Origin: Tubiluchus corallicola
Lineage: Eukaryota > Animalia > Priapulida
Direction: 5' to 3'
NCBI GenBank assembly: GCA_030141605.1
Contig: JAQGDQ010000002.1
Coordinates: forward strand, 2,046,001-2,110,000
DNA: 64,000 bases
In this document: positions 25,692 to 40,173 of the stretch, piece by piece
Position numbering within the stretch: the stretch's first letter is position 1
Layout: each line of letters opens with the position of its first letter
Notes under the pieces: generated by a model
What the model saw: only the letters and a program-made list of their open reading frames with translations
The model's database searches: none
Told to the model about the DNA's origin: nothing
Position numbers and translations under genes: made by a program

Positions 25692-28600
25692 TCACAAAAA
25701 TGCTGCGTTGTTTCGATCTCCAAGATCCAACATTGACGGCGGCGACACTTCCGTTATACTGACCTGACTTAGAGACCTCGTTGCCATGGCAATATCTGGC
25801 ATAACCGACTCGCTTCGGCCGCTATCATGACTGCAAGAACTGCCAACAGTCTGCAAAGCAAATTTAACCATTAGAAGGATGAGTTACAAAATTCAAGTTT
25901 AAATCTTAATAACAATCATCATGTAAATTAATAAAAAAAAACTAGTTACTCTAGGATATTAGCTAGGATGTTATTCTAGTTACAGTTACATCCTCTGAGT
26001 CACAGATAATTTAATAACCATACTGAGAAAAATCACAAATGTCCAAATACAAACAAAAGAAAGTTCTGTCAAAAGTAAATTATGTACGTATGCAATTATG
26101 TTTATATAACATTGATGTCTGAAAAACAGTGTAATTACTGCAACATCTCTCAGCTATTGCAGTCTAAAGATGGTGTTTATGTCAAACATTTGGCCACTTA
26201 CATTAAAAGTATGGTACGACTCATTCTGACAAAAATCACTAGATGAGACCAAATCACTAGATGAAACTAAATCACTAGACGACGACGGCATGATCGAAAT
26301 TCCAAGGCAAGAATCGAAACCAATGCAAAGATGACTGGCACCTAAATCGGATGTTGCCACGCCAGTCTCTGAAAATCCTTCCTGGTCTTGAAGCACGTCA
26401 GCCATCAAGTCAGGAAGCCCAAACTCTCGCACGAGCCTCAAATGAATTGCTCGGTTGATCACTTGCCGATCAACGTGCATCATGGCGTGTTGGACGGCTT
26501 TTGTTTGCTGGATTTCCTTTTCTCGAAGTAGCATGGAGTGTAGAGTATCAGCATCTGGAACTATGAAATGGTATAAAGAATTAGAAAAGATATAAATGTA
26601 AGGAATGGATTACAATAATCATCTTTGTTACTATTGAACAAATAAATGATATATAATTGCTCAATGCAGATTTGCAAAATAGATATCTTTTTTAGAAACA
26701 TAAATAAAGTAGCACCAAACACAGAACTGTATTGAGTACAAAGCCATGCAAAAATTATTCAACCACTAGGTCTATATAATGACAAACAAAAAACTCATGC
26801 TATGGCATTACTGTGTGTAGTTTTCCACGTACTAAAGAGTACTTTGTTTCCAGTTAGCAAAATGGATTATCTGAGTTTGGATAAAGTGAGCGATATCAGT
26901 GATATTTCTAATAACTGCATTTTGAAAAACCATATATGTTCTAGTGCCAGCAATACCAGCTATCAAAATATTGTTGTTTTAGGTTTGTCTGCTGCCAAAA
27001 TGTCCCTGAAAAAGTGAGCCTTGGACCCTGAAAAAGGGTTATTAGAAGATATAGTTGAGAATATCCTCATTGTTAATACTGAAGGCAGTGAATAAAATTA
27101 TTTACATTACAGGGTGGGAGCAAAAAAGCAAGCCCTTCTTAAAAATATAATAGAGCCAAGAATCTTTGTCCAACTTGTAATATAACATGGTAAAACAGAA
27201 ATATTAGGCACTTGACCACTAATTCTTACTCTGAAAGCCGAAAATAATAAACACATTAGGCTCGATATTGTCACTAAGCCCATAAAAATAAAACAACTAG
27301 ATATTAATATGATTGTATTGTCTTTATGTTAATTTTAGTTTATTTATTTACTCATTTATTTTGTTTTATTTATTTTTTACTTTTTTTCTCTTATGTGTCC
27401 CAGTGACATCACTTTTCCTTGCAAGTTTATCAATGTCTGACCTCGTTCATTTCTTATTGGGAAACTCTCAACAGTCTTTATCTTTATCAGTCGTATAGCA
27501 TGCAACATTTATTTTGTCTTCTTCTATAAATGGCATAGGTTTATTCTTTAAAATTTAGAAATGTCAAAAAATAAAATAAATGAATAAAATAAAATTAACA
27601 AACACATAAAGGCAATACAATCACACTAAAATCTAGTTTTTCAATGTTATGGTCTGGATGACAACATCGAGCACAAAATGTTTATTTTTTTCAACTATTA
27701 GCAAAAATTAGTTGACAAGTGCCAAAATGTTTCTTGTTTACCCTGTTAAATTTATATACAGATTGGATAAAAATTCTCGGTTGTACGGCTCTCTTTTTTG
27801 GCTCTCTCTCTCAAAAAAGGGCTTACTTTTTTGTGTTCGCCACATAGCATGGTAAAAACAAAGTGTTGCTAAAACTATATAAAGTACTAGAAACTTTGTG
27901 TGTTAGAAGAGACAAATGGGAATATGCTCACAGGCAAATTCAACCTTACTAACAAATTACTGTAAAAAGACTCCTTTTTATCAACCATAAGCAACTGACA
28001 GTATTGGCACAGTTACCATGAACAGGAGTGTAAACGCGTGATGATGTTTCTATTATTTTGCTTATGGCCAGCATGCTGAACTGTATACACCAGTAAATAC
28101 TTTTGTATTGGTATGGATTTATTGTGTGTTTGTCACCAGCTGTAAAGCTTATTGAAATAAACCTGAGATTATAAAAAAACTTCACGGAGTTATCAAATTG
28201 CATGAATAGTTGCTCCTGAATTAAAATGGAAAGTAAAACAATTATTTCCAAGGTAGTTAAATATATGTGATGCCACAAACATTGTGATCAAGGCATGATA
28301 CACTTTTTATCATAATAAACACATAAAATAAAAAAACAATATTTTAAAACACAAGAAAATAAACTAAAAAGAAGTGTCTTCAAAACTCAATGTTCTGATT
28401 AAAACAATTTAACAGAACCTAAAGCAAATCAAAGAAAAGAAAAAAGATATTCATACTTATAAGTATTAATTATAAGCCCTGTTATCCAGTTAACTAATTA
28501 ACTTAATAAAAATGCTATATTCTCCAAGTTCATTTAGAACAGCGGGAACCTCTAATAAACAAAGCAATTATAGTGACACTATAATGCTAGTGTAAATAAA

Positions 28601-31600
28601 CTTTGACAAGTATCCTTCAAATGTGCCTAATAACTGATACTATTCTGACAAGAGAGAAAGGGAGAGGGAGAGGGAGGGGGAGAGGGAGAGACAGAGAATT
28701 TTGTCTACATATTCCCTTACCGATTAATGGATAACACTTCACTAAAGTCTCTATTTCAATGTGAAAATGTGAATAAGTTTCATTAAGTACAACATTTTTA
28801 AATGTCAAAAAACTAAATAATATAACATTTGCAAATATCAGAGGATTACTTAATGGCCATAACTGGCCCATAAGTAGGTATATGCTTCTGAGGAAATTAA
28901 GGATTTATATTTGAATTGGATTCATGCAGTTGGACACAAGCACTCTGCAAACTTGCAAAAGTTCTTTAATAGCAGTAAATACCTAGAAATTCCCCAGCCA
29001 GTATGTCCTGTTGTTCCGAGGTGTGACTTATTGTGGGAACGTCCAGATTATAATTATGATAGTCTCTGTCACCCAGCATGTAAAGCGTGTCTGGGATGTT
29101 TGATATACCTGGTCGCATCACGCGGCACAGGTGAGCAACATCGTTACTGTTGTCAGCCTCCTTTGGTGCTTGTTCCTCGATAATGACCTAGAAAAAGTTG
29201 TCTATGGTAAGCATTCCTTACTAGCATTTAACAAAATTAATAAGGCAATAATCAACAAACAACAAAGAAATGGCTCATGTAAAACTTACATTATGCTAGT
29301 GTTCACAAACGTCTTTAGCAAAGAAAGTCAATATTAGCAAAGAAATGATTGCACATATTTAAAGCAAGAATTTGCAAAGCATCGCATAATAATGATAAAA
29401 CAATTTGTTAATATAATTGTAGAAAAAATCCAATGAAACCTGGAACATAAATCATGTAATAAATAACTGAAAAGATGAGTCTGTGGTATGGAAATGTTAA
29501 ATAATTGAATGAAAATATTACTGAATAAATAAATCTTGCAAAGCATAATGCTGAATTTTACTTTTACGAGAGAAGTATCTTGCAAACAGGGCCAAGCAGG
29601 AACCACGAGCACAGTATCAAAGAAAAACTGTCAAATAATTTAAAATTAAAGCTTTTGTGCTCTAAAAATTTGTTATAATATAATAAACATGTTAAAAAAA
29701 TTACAATTCTGTAAGACCATGCACAATGAATAAAAACTAACACAAGAAATTAAACCCATGCACAGGGATTTCACAAATCTGAAATTATGGAATCTGAATC
29801 TAGACCAAATCTCACTTTATAATACAATCTCATTTACGCATCCTGACATCGAATCCGAATTTCAGTTTAAAAGAATTTTCGAAACCGAATCGAATTTGAA
29901 TCACAATTTTTCAGATAGTTCTTTGAACTGAATCTTATTTGAATATTGGCAGTTTTCATGCAAATTAGGCAGAATAGTAAAACAGCAGTCTTTTTCATGA
30001 ATATTACACACGACCGATTTGAGCAGAACGTTTTACAGTGGTTCTGCAATAAAGAAACGGATGATCTAATTATTTTGTAATAGATTTTTACTGCCAGTGA
30101 CTAACAATATAAAATGATATACAAATTCCTTGAGGTGCCTTTACCTACCCTCTATGAATCTGTGCAATGTGGGTCACAAAAAACCACGTTCGTCTAAGCC
30201 ACATCGTGTATTGTTAGTCAAACCACGTTCTGTCAAAGTACTACACGAAATCCTAGCATTTTTGATGAAATTAGCAGTTAAAATCGTAACGTGGCGCATG
30301 CTATCGCGTAAGATTTCATGAGTTTGACACGCTTAAACCGAATATGGTGATATTTCAGGAATTTGCCAAAAAATTTAAAACTACCGAATCGCCTCTGCAG
30401 CCATTTTCTAAAAGTCTCTGCCGAATCAGATCGAGTCTAATGTAACACAGAAGTTCAGCGGATCGAATCAAATCGAAGCTCTGATTTGGATTCGGTTTCA
30501 AAGCTCTGGTTCTGCTCGAGCTTTGTTACATCTTTACCCATGCAACACTCACTGATCTAAAGCCTACATCATGCAGTTGTACAGCCAATAAGAAAATACC
30601 TATCAGCTTGAAATATACTAACCTTTATTTCATCAACATATGGAGTGAATAACCGGGGTCTTGCGTAGACGTAGCCCTGTCTTCCGGGCACCCAAGGACG
30701 GCACTTTTCTTTACTGACCTACAGTATTATTAACGAATGTTAAACACCTATGAAATTTGTCTCTGCAGTTCAGTGTACAATGCAGAAATCATCATTTTAC
30801 CCATAATTTTTGCTTGTATGGCATAAGAGTAATATGTTGCAACTTTAGATAAAATGCCATTCATAGTCTAATAAAAAAACAAACAAGCAAACAAAAAATT
30901 ACTAAATTTTTTTCCCCAAAGTTTTTTTTACTAGTACAGCACACAGTTTGTTATTAGTCATGTTACCCGCATACTACGCCACTACTCTAAAACTCACAGT
31001 GCCAGCCATAAGTGCCATATTAGAAAGATCAAGTACAACATAGAAACAAAACCATACTCATGTTTACAATTCATAAAAACTAGCTATTTGATATTTAATA
31101 TTTAGTCAGAAAAAATTCTAATGATGGCCACATGATCAAACCAGTGACTATCGCCAAAATATTTTTATAAATAAAGCTGGTTTACAACTAACAAGCATAT
31201 AACTATTAAACTGCAAAAAGTCGAATGCGTAAAAATCTCTGTTTACCTCATCTGTCAGCATGTGGGAAGGAGGCTGGCTAATCAAACCACGGCGAATAGC
31301 ATTATTTAATGTCTCGCTAGTAGGCGGTATAACATGGTGTATGCGTACGTATGGCAAGACAACAGATAAAACTTCCCTGAGCTCTATATCACTAAGATCA
31401 CGTCGTTTTACACCTTTTTTGCTCACACTGTGGGCAGTGTATGTCAACAAATTAGGCTCTAAAAATCAAAAACTTTTTTTTATTTTTAATGGCATTAATA
31501 TTGTTTGTCCTAGACTTTTATTATTCAACTGTTTTGCAACTACAAGTTAAGCAGAGCAACAAGACCCCAAACATGAAAAAGCATTCTGTGAACTTCGTCA

Positions 31601-34600
31601 ATTAGATGCAAGGCATAAGATGTAAACAATATTCCTTTTCCAAACAGAATGTAATGCAAACTTAGTTTATTTCAATGGTAGCCATTACTAGATTATCATT
31701 CTGACCTTTACTTTATTGACATCGGGTTCCTAGCCCTAAATTACTATTTTGAAAATGTGTAGCAATTGTCACATCATTTTAAGCAATTTCTCTGCACTCA
31801 TCACAAAAATATTTTCCTCCAACTTTTGGCCAACCAAAATCACGCAGTGGGGATACGCTAGTAATTCGATTACACGACATATCAAATTAAAGCACAGGAA
31901 AAGCTTTCCACTATTATAAGGTACTTTCAAGAATCAAGATTGTCAAGGGTGTGCAGAATGGTTAACATTAAGCAACTTACTGCTTAACTACCAGCAAGAA
32001 CTTAAGTAAGTTACCAATTTTCATAAACAAAAGCAATTTTTTACCATCAGTATCCTGCAGAACAATTAAATAATATTGAAGAACTGTGTATATTTTAACA
32101 GTATAAAATAGGTGCATTGCGGTGAAGTATTTGCTACTGCCATTATACAATTGGCCTGAGGAGGTATGACATAGTAATTAATTAAAATAATTCTGTTAAA
32201 CACGTTAAATGAACCGCATTTAAACAAAAATATTGATAACGAACAAAACTAGCATTTCAGAAAAATCAAGTGTTTTAGTCTATTTTGTTCTTAGACTACG
32301 ATTACCACAATTTTACAACAGAAGCTAGCAAAACCAGATAAGTATGTATGTAATAGGTAGCAAAGTTCTTTATACACTTTAACTTTCTTTAGCATCAATG
32401 TATAAGCCAAGTTACGATATGATATTGCACATACTAACCTCTTTTTTCCATCTGTTTCATCAGTTGATGTTCTCCCCACTTTATCACAGCTGTAAGTATT
32501 TCCAACTCGCTTGCCTACAAAAAAACAAAATTTCCAATCACACCTACAGCACTGTGCAATGCACTGACAGCACTGACATCTGAACAACAGTCAGAGACCA
32601 ATCTAGTCTAGATTCTAATTCTTTTCAAATTAAGAGCTATATACTGAAAATTGGTTTGAAACCAATTTGGTCCAAACATTGTTCTGAACAGAAATTTCCC
32701 AATTTTGGAATTGTATTAGTTTGGAAGCATTTTGCTAATCTTTATTTCAGAAGGTTATCTTTAACTAGCATTTTAAACAGTTTTTATTTTTGAACTTGTT
32801 ACCAGGTGAATTCTAAATTTTAACAATGTTTTGGTTACTCTGCTCAAAATAAAAAAATTAAGTAAGTCTCGCACAAAGCTGCAATTAGGGTCACTTAATT
32901 AACCATGCTAATTAATGTTGTTTAAATAGGGGTGACTGCTAGGTGACCTCTTGGTCTTTCGCCACCAGTTTCAATTATCATAGCAGTATTATTCTCATAT
33001 AAATATTGTATATTTTTATATCGTTTAAAAGAGACAAATAAATTGAATTGAATTGAAATTGCTCAAGCACAACAGTATAATATATCATGTTATTCCAGAA
33101 GAAGACTCGGTGGAAACTGCTAAGTGATCTCTTCCTTCCAGAAAGTGAAGTAGAACAACATACAGGATAAAATTTTCTTTGGGATTAAAAAATAATTTGG
33201 AAGTTGCAGTAAAGCATACAATGCAAAAAATACTTTTTTACAGTTTGACACATCACAAGCCACAATTCAACAATGGCTCAATGGCTAATATTGAATGAAT
33301 AAGCAAAAAAACTAGAATGTGGATCACTGCCAAGGATAATCCTCTAAAGATGAAACAATAAACACCCCAGAATTGTCTTAGTCTGACACTTGTATGCATA
33401 CATTTTTCCTCAACTAGAAATTGCCAGAGGCAGCTACGGTAAATGAAATAACATAGAAACACCCACCCATGTAATAATGGCACTCAGTGCTGCTTAATTT
33501 CGTAGCCAAGTACACACACTGATCACTCAGGAATCAGGACGTGGTAAATATATATATATATGTATATATATATGTGTGTGTGTAGACAATTGCTTTTTGA
33601 TTAAAAATAAAATGTAACTGACCTGAAGATAATCGGATTTTAAAACTTCTAAAAGAAATCTTGTTTCCAATTCATACAGAACTGGAGACGACGCTATTGC
33701 GACAAATTCCTCCCGTAAGAAATGCATGGCTTGCCGGTATACCCAGTTTGAACCATACGGCTCAGAAGCCCAGCGAAGAATTGACAAGAGATTTTCTGTA
33801 CACAAATTTTCTATAATAATGTCTTCACAGCCTGAAAAATGAATGGTGAATAACTTATAAAAAATATAAAAGCTCATATAGATTCACGGACCATACTTTA
33901 GTCCACCAATTGACTATTTTATGAACTGGTTAAAAGTACAAAGCATTTTGATTCTTTTGGCAACACCACCCACTAGAATTAAATCGTGCTAAATGGCTAA
34001 ATGAATCTGACCTTGATTAACAGATGTGCAGCCTAATGCACAGAGACTTTACTTCGCAAAATGCGACATCATACTCAACACACAGTTATTTTGTTTTTTA
34101 CAGCCGTACAAGCAGATTATAACACCTGCAGTGAGAATTCACCAATTTTAAAAAGAAGCACTACATAAATTTGTAAACATATCATCAAAACATAAAAGCA
34201 AGTTGTCAAAGATATACATAAAATATAACTACAAAATCCAAGTGCAAAATTTGTATGCTCGTTATTTTACTGGTGGGAGTTTAATTTAGGCTTAGTGGTA
34301 ATTAAACGACTTTGGCTTTTTGTTGTCACTCATTAATAATTCTGTTAGCTGTCTGTACTGATGGCATGTCAATTGTATTACCAATACCATTTTCAACTTA
34401 ATTTTTTTAAAGTAATCCACAAAAATCCTACAACAAACATATCCGTCACGATGGCAAAATCAAAGCCTATAGTGTCTACAGACCTTTGTGCAGTAACTTA
34501 ACACAATGACATCGCCACATAGACATGAAGGTTTCTTATAACCATAAGCATGATGTAGTTATCGCATGCACATGGTCTATATGCCCAAAAAACCAATTAC

Positions 34601-36592
34601 AATTGATTATCGAAAGGGTTTCGCATCTGATTAATGGATTACAAACACGACCGAAGTCCAACCACCACTCATTACTAACATACCTTGTGACAAAGTGGCA
34701 AAATCCAAGAACTGTCCTATCTGATAGATCTCCATGGCTTCTTCAATATTCCACAGATGTGCTTTTGATTTCACCTCACTTTCAGCCTGACTGCTACGAA
34801 TAACGTAGTTCAAGTCTACAACATCCGTATACAAAGCATGAAGAAGAACATGAGCATAACGCTTGGGTATCACTTTTTCGTCAAGAAATATACGCGAGTC
34901 CGACGGAGAAACCACTGCAAAATGCGACCACCGTGCCAGAACGTTCTGGAAAAACACTGATCGCGCAGCAAGAATGGCTTTGTGGCATCGAATCTCACAG
35001 TGAGACGAGTCTTTGCTCAGTGATGTTGATGTTGAAAAATTACTATTATTGTTTACACCGTCATTTGGTAAAAAGACCAGAATAGTATCACTGTTCGACG
35101 CACAGTCCATCAGGCGCTTAAAGTCCTGTTCTAGAGGATTAGGAACACCAAATTCATATCCCAATTGTACCAAAACATCCATGTTTATTTCGCCACCAGT
35201 GGAAATTAAATTACCCGTGTATAAATAGTGTAACAGTGCAGAAAAAGTAGGAACATCCACACCATGGACTCTGTCTAAAACCACTGGCACTGTTGCTCCC
35301 AGACAGGAATGTTTCGCTAAAAGTTCACGAAAATAACCACATCGGGCTGATAAAATAGCTCTATGAGCTGGAAATATCGTGCCTTGGAATGTTAAGTCCA
35401 CATCTGCACAGCATTTGTTGCTGCATAACTCACTCAGATCTTGTCTCAGAGACGGTGCCATTGGCCTTGCCAGATCTGCTTGAACAGCAAGCTCTTTCAA
35501 AGCGGACAGTTTCTCATATTCTTCTAGCAGCATATTCATCTCTTGATAACTCCAGCTTACAGTGAGTTCACGAATTGCTCGAGCATGATCAAGAGACTTA
35601 CTCAAACGTTTATAATGGCGAACAATTTTTCTTCGCAAAGTGGCAAAACCAGAATGATGTTTGCGCTTTCGTGATTTACTCGACTCTGATGACGATGTGG
35701 CTCCACTGGAATTTTCTCTTGAAACCTTTTAAAGAAAAAAACTAAATTAATTTTCTTAAGATGTACGACCAATATTTTGGGTCAAGTTTATATAACTCCT
35801 TATCATACTTGTCACACCATGCTTGTACTAAAAAGTTTTCTGTATTTACTGTGGCTGAAAAGTTCAGTATACTGCATTGAGTTTTATCAGATAAGCTGGA
35901 CAAGTGGCCAAGCACAGGTTTCATGTGATACTCGAAAAGCATCCTTATTATAGTAGCAGACTTCATTGCCATTTACGCTACAAAAGTTAGTAATTCAGAT
36001 GAGCACTCCTTGATAGTTCCGTCTTCATTTTATGCTTCTGAATTAGCCATTAGTTCTAAGAAAAGGAGGTGACAACTTTAAACTAATGCAAAATGTGCAG
36101 CAGTGACGAAAAAGACCATATGAAAGAACCAGACACATAACTACTGTCCAATAAAAATGTAATGTCGATGTTATTCAAAATATTTAACACAAATAATTCC
36201 TGCCATAATGCCCAACACAAAAAAAGGAAAACATACTGTTTTAGAAACAGGAATGCGTTTATAAGATGGTCAGTAATAAATGCAAGATTAAAAAAAGAAC
36301 AGTCGTCATACTTCATAACCTGTTCGTGTTTCATAACCTTTGCCTTACACATAGTTATTAGTATTACAGGAAGCCTCATCCATTAGTATAAGGAAACAAA
36401 ACACTATTTCTGACTTTTTCACCTCACTTCATCAATGCATTTTAAATGGCCTAGGCTGAAAACAAAAATGCTACTAATTCTTTTTCAATGCTACATAGGT
36501 ATATTTCCCACCTGATGAGTTAAATGTTTGGATGTCCCAGATGTAGACATTCCACACACTTTCTCGTCAAGTCCCGAAGCATTTGCTCCCAT
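25692..36592 (-). CDS. BTBD7: BTB/POZ domain-containing protein 7 (2 BTB + BACK), 812 aa
   Basis: Nine phase-consistent exons: 36592-36512, 35725-34684, 33831-33623, 32514-32439, 31458-31247, 30718-30623, 29187-28983, 26560-26202, 25850-25692 (2439 nt). N-terminus MGANAS as in human BTBD7. Motifs: LATLRRK-like FATLRRK, DHARAIREL, AHRAILSARC, CHKAILAARS, GSNWVYRQAMHFLREEF, YLQASE, TAHSVSKKGVKRRDL, RPRLFTPY, IPDTLYM, MPDIAMAT. Confidence 0.95.
27107..27846. mobile_element. Old foldback/MITE with about 250-bp diverged inverted arms in a BTBD7 intron
   Basis: Left arm (tacagggtggg...aagcaagccctt...ggcacttgaccactaatt...gctcgatattgtca...tgattgtattgtctttatgt) pairs with the right arm (acataaaggcaatacaatca...tgacaacatcgagc...aattagttgacaagtgcc...aagggcttacttttttg). 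Confidence 0.75.
28651..28697. repeat. (GGGAGA)n purine microsatellite
   Basis: Direct reading; it produces the spurious LPLPLP ORF. Confidence 0.8.
29763..30508. mobile_element. Degenerate MITE with (CCGAAT/TCGAAT)n subterminal motifs
   Basis: CAGGGATTTC... / ...GTTTCAAAGCTCTG ends with clusters of gaatc/ccgaat near both ends; no clean TSD. Confidence 0.5.
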
Positions 36593-39378
36593 TCTGGATC
36601 AGTTGCACACAAATACCTAAACATTGAAAAATTGGTAAATGACTATATAAACTAAATCAAACAATAATCAAGAAATACTATGCCTTATCTGACCAACATA
36701 AATAACATACTTATCTGAGCAAAAATAAAATTACCAGCGTTTATTATAGATTAAACCAAATCAATAAAAAAGTAACAAAATTTAATGCACAATGTAAAAT
36801 TTGTCTAAACATATTTCATTTTACAACTTTGGACTGATGCAAAAAGTCCATGATTATTGATTACAAAGATTATTGATACAAATACAATAAATGAAAGACA
36901 AACTGCACAAGTAGTATTTATGCAACAATTGGACAAGCAGATTAAATAATAAGAAAACACAATGTAAAATTAGGGCCATGGTTACAGAACTAGGACTCTT
37001 AAATTATGATTGCAATAAATTAATGTTGTAACCATTTGTAACCTTTACAATAAGCAATAGCAATATTGAATATTATGAGACCACAGGTAACATAGCAAGT
37101 TCTGATGAATAACAATATAATTTAAATTACTGCATGAATGCTTTATTGTACAATTCTAATTGCGTGCTACCTCTTTAATACAGGACCTTGTTGTAAACGA
37201 GCACTGTGCTTAATTACATTTATCTCCTGTCTAAAGATTTTGCAAACGTAAAATATTTAATTGTTACAAAGCTTACAATGCTCTATTTTGCAGCAGAGCA
37301 GACGACAAATCTTAACTTTAACAAAAATCTTGCACTTTTGGAATCATTTGTTTAATACGTTCACTTGTTTGTGATAGGCAGCTACAAATAAAAATACTGG
37401 TCCTGACATAGTCAGAAAAAACATGAAAACCAGAATTTTGGGACAAAAAATATATTTCCCAACAATTCCTTTTACATAAAAATAAAATGAAAGGGAAACA
37501 TCATTTAGCACAATAAAAAAGGCAAGCATTCTTTCAGCACGTATCTAGTATTTTACAAAAACACAGTGCATTAACTACTAGCCTAGATAAGCTACACAAA
37601 ACTATTTGAAAATAGTCATTAAGTCAAACTGTTGAACGACTCATGCATTTATAGGTCAGGGACTAAGCCTCATAAATCTCATTAGAAAATGGTCGAAAGT
37701 GTACAGCTATCAATCAAAATCAAACTATACCCTTTCATACTCGACAAATTTACACGTGACTGGTCATTAATCAGTAACTATGTTTTACACACTGTTGTGT
37801 AATCTGGGTGACAAACTAAACAGTCAAGAGTAACTAAAATTGATGTAAATCTGACAGAAATTTATTGCTAAAACTGGAGACGAAACCCAGATAGGGAACA
37901 GAAGCAAACTAATAGCACAGGGACACAGGAATCAAGATAAAGGAAAACAGAAACAGCAAGAAGCAAAAAGCAAATCAGACCTTATGAAGTGCTACTTCAA
38001 CCATGATACGCATGAGTGACATGTCAATTGCTCCTTAAATACAGCCCATGCCTATTTAAGAATTTACAAACCAGATGGGTCTAAAAAGAATTTGCCAGAA
38101 GGAAAAAATCAATAAAGGACAGATGTGCCTACAGGAAAACAGAATGAATTAGATTATTATAATTATATTTACTTTTAATACGTATATATATATATTTATA
38201 TGCAAGGATTAATTGTATATTATATAAATATATATATAATATACTTATCATTTTGCATAGCACAAGTCTTCAGACAGGTACTTGTATAATGGATACAGTT
38301 AATGGAGATCACAAATTACAAGTGCTGAGTAGAACTTAAAACTCTGGTTATTTGCCTTAACAGTTTGTCTGTTAATTACAATGAATCCCATTAAGACAAT
38401 CGAACTTTGCGACAAGTAGTGCTCTATTACCAAGAATAAAAAATTTAATTTCATAAAAAACTTAATAATAATTGTTACTCTGTGTTGCTCATTCATTCAT
38501 TGCTGGTCGCGAAATACTAAAATTTATGCACGGTGGCTTCTTGCCCAAGTACTGGCACAAACTCATTAAATTACTAGGATCTTATTCTTCTCACCCTAAG
38601 ACTAAGACTAAGAGTGCCATCAGTTCAGTTAATTTTAGAAAACCCAAAAAGTGACAGAATAGTATACTATAGTAATTATTGACTCCAATATAATAAATGT
38701 GATTTTTCAGTAGCTAAAAATCTTTTTTTTTTACTATTTCTATTACAAATTTCGGTTGTCAAGTGCAACTTTATCATCATTTACTTTTTAACATTGTAAA
38801 AGTGATTTGTTCAACATTTGCTGGAATATTACTGCACCCGTTTGGAATTCATGTACGCGAATTCATGATAAGATCAATCGCGTATGATGATATTTCACAA
38901 GGCAGTTAACCGCGAAATGTTTGTTACCTTATGTAATTATACTAGAAAGTTTGGTTACTTGAAGTTTTAGCTGCTTGCAACAAGATGGTTCATTTTTAAT
39001 ATGAAAATGTTTTTCAAAATTTGTCATAGGCTTATTGATTTAAGCTTTAATGACTTTTTCACATATGCTGCTTGTCTCGGTTTAAGAGGCCATTGTTACA
39101 AACTGTGTATAAACTATTTTCGTATTGATGTTTTTAAATGCTCATTCGCAAACGGTTAATAAAATTGTCGAATAGTTTGCCGTCTGATATTCTCAATGTT
39201 AACAACTTAGACTCTTTCTCTTTAACTACTCAAATTTGTTTTTCATGCATTTGTAAATTTAACAGAAGTGATTGATTAACATAGGCGTCGTACATGCACT
39301 CATGCCTAGTGGCTTTCTCCCTTTCTCAAACTTTAGCGGATTACCTTTAATTGTTTAATAATATCACTTGTGTAAATG

Positions 39379-39560
39379 TACAATTGCATTTTTGGTTTGA
39401 ATAAATAATCTAATCGAACTAAAACATTCATTCATCACCATAACATCATTGTTGACATCAGAAAACCATTACAATTGCATTTTTGGTTTAAATAAATAAT
39501 CTAATCGAACTAAAATATTCATTTATCACCATGACATCATTGTTGACATCAGAAAACCAT
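39379..39560. repeat. 91-bp direct tandem duplication
   Basis: 39379-39469 and 39470-39560 are near-identical (a few substitutions). Confidence 0.9.
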
Positions 39561-39819
39561 TATTTAAGATATAATTACCAAATTAAAGTACCTGGACAAA
39601 TAATTAAAACTGCTACACCAAAGAAAGCAAAAAACTTTAAAAGCAATAGTAATAATAGTAAATTAAAAACATATACTTTGTTAATACAATTAAATTATTT
39701 AATTAGACATGTAATGAACTTTTCATAAATCAGTGACCATGCAACACCTGGCTATGAGAATTTACATATCCTAAAATTTCATGGTATATGAAGCTTTGTA
39801 CTTGCCAAATATGTATTTT

Positions 39820-40173
39820 TGAATTTTTGGGTAACGAGGTTAACTGCAGTGGACAGGTAGGTCAAAGCAAACCATTGGGCTACCATAATTAGCGTATGAT
39901 AAACGTTCCTGCTGACAAACAAAACGGTACTTAGCATGATTGTTTCTATGTATATTATAGTACAAAAGCGAACTAAGATGATATAAAAGTCATAAAAGCT
40001 TATTATTCACACGAAAGTGTCTTATTGAAGCACGTGAAGCAAAAATATTGAGTCAATTATGCAGAGTTATCTGAGGCAGTTACCGACAGTTTTCATGTAC
40101 ATTTGAAAAGATGTGGCCCATACCAGGCGTTTGTGAGTCAATTAACCATGAGTCTATTAAGCGGCGCCTACTG
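39820..40173 (-). mobile_element. Truncated inverted copy of the 20216-21045 MITE
   Basis: The reverse complement aligns with about 20216-20585 (e.g. aaacaatcatg, accgttttgtttgt, aggaacgtttatca). Ends in TIR tgagtctattaagcggcgcctactg followed by TA. Confidence 0.8.

Noticed and set aside
36505-36560. CTGATGAG hammerhead-like core
   Set aside because: It is the antisense of the BTBD7 exon end; no matching GAAA and stems.
1-36592. Four co-directional genes as a trans-spliced operon
   Set aside because: Stop-to-start gaps are about 3-7 kb and partly filled with TEs; spliced-leader use cannot be seen in genomic DNA.
39379-39560. Direct repeats (also 59056-59107, 60416-60515, GACTT and TCGAA clusters) as CRISPR-like arrays
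   Set aside because: Two-copy tandem duplications or MITE subterminal motifs with no unique spacers and no cas genes, in a eukaryotic context.
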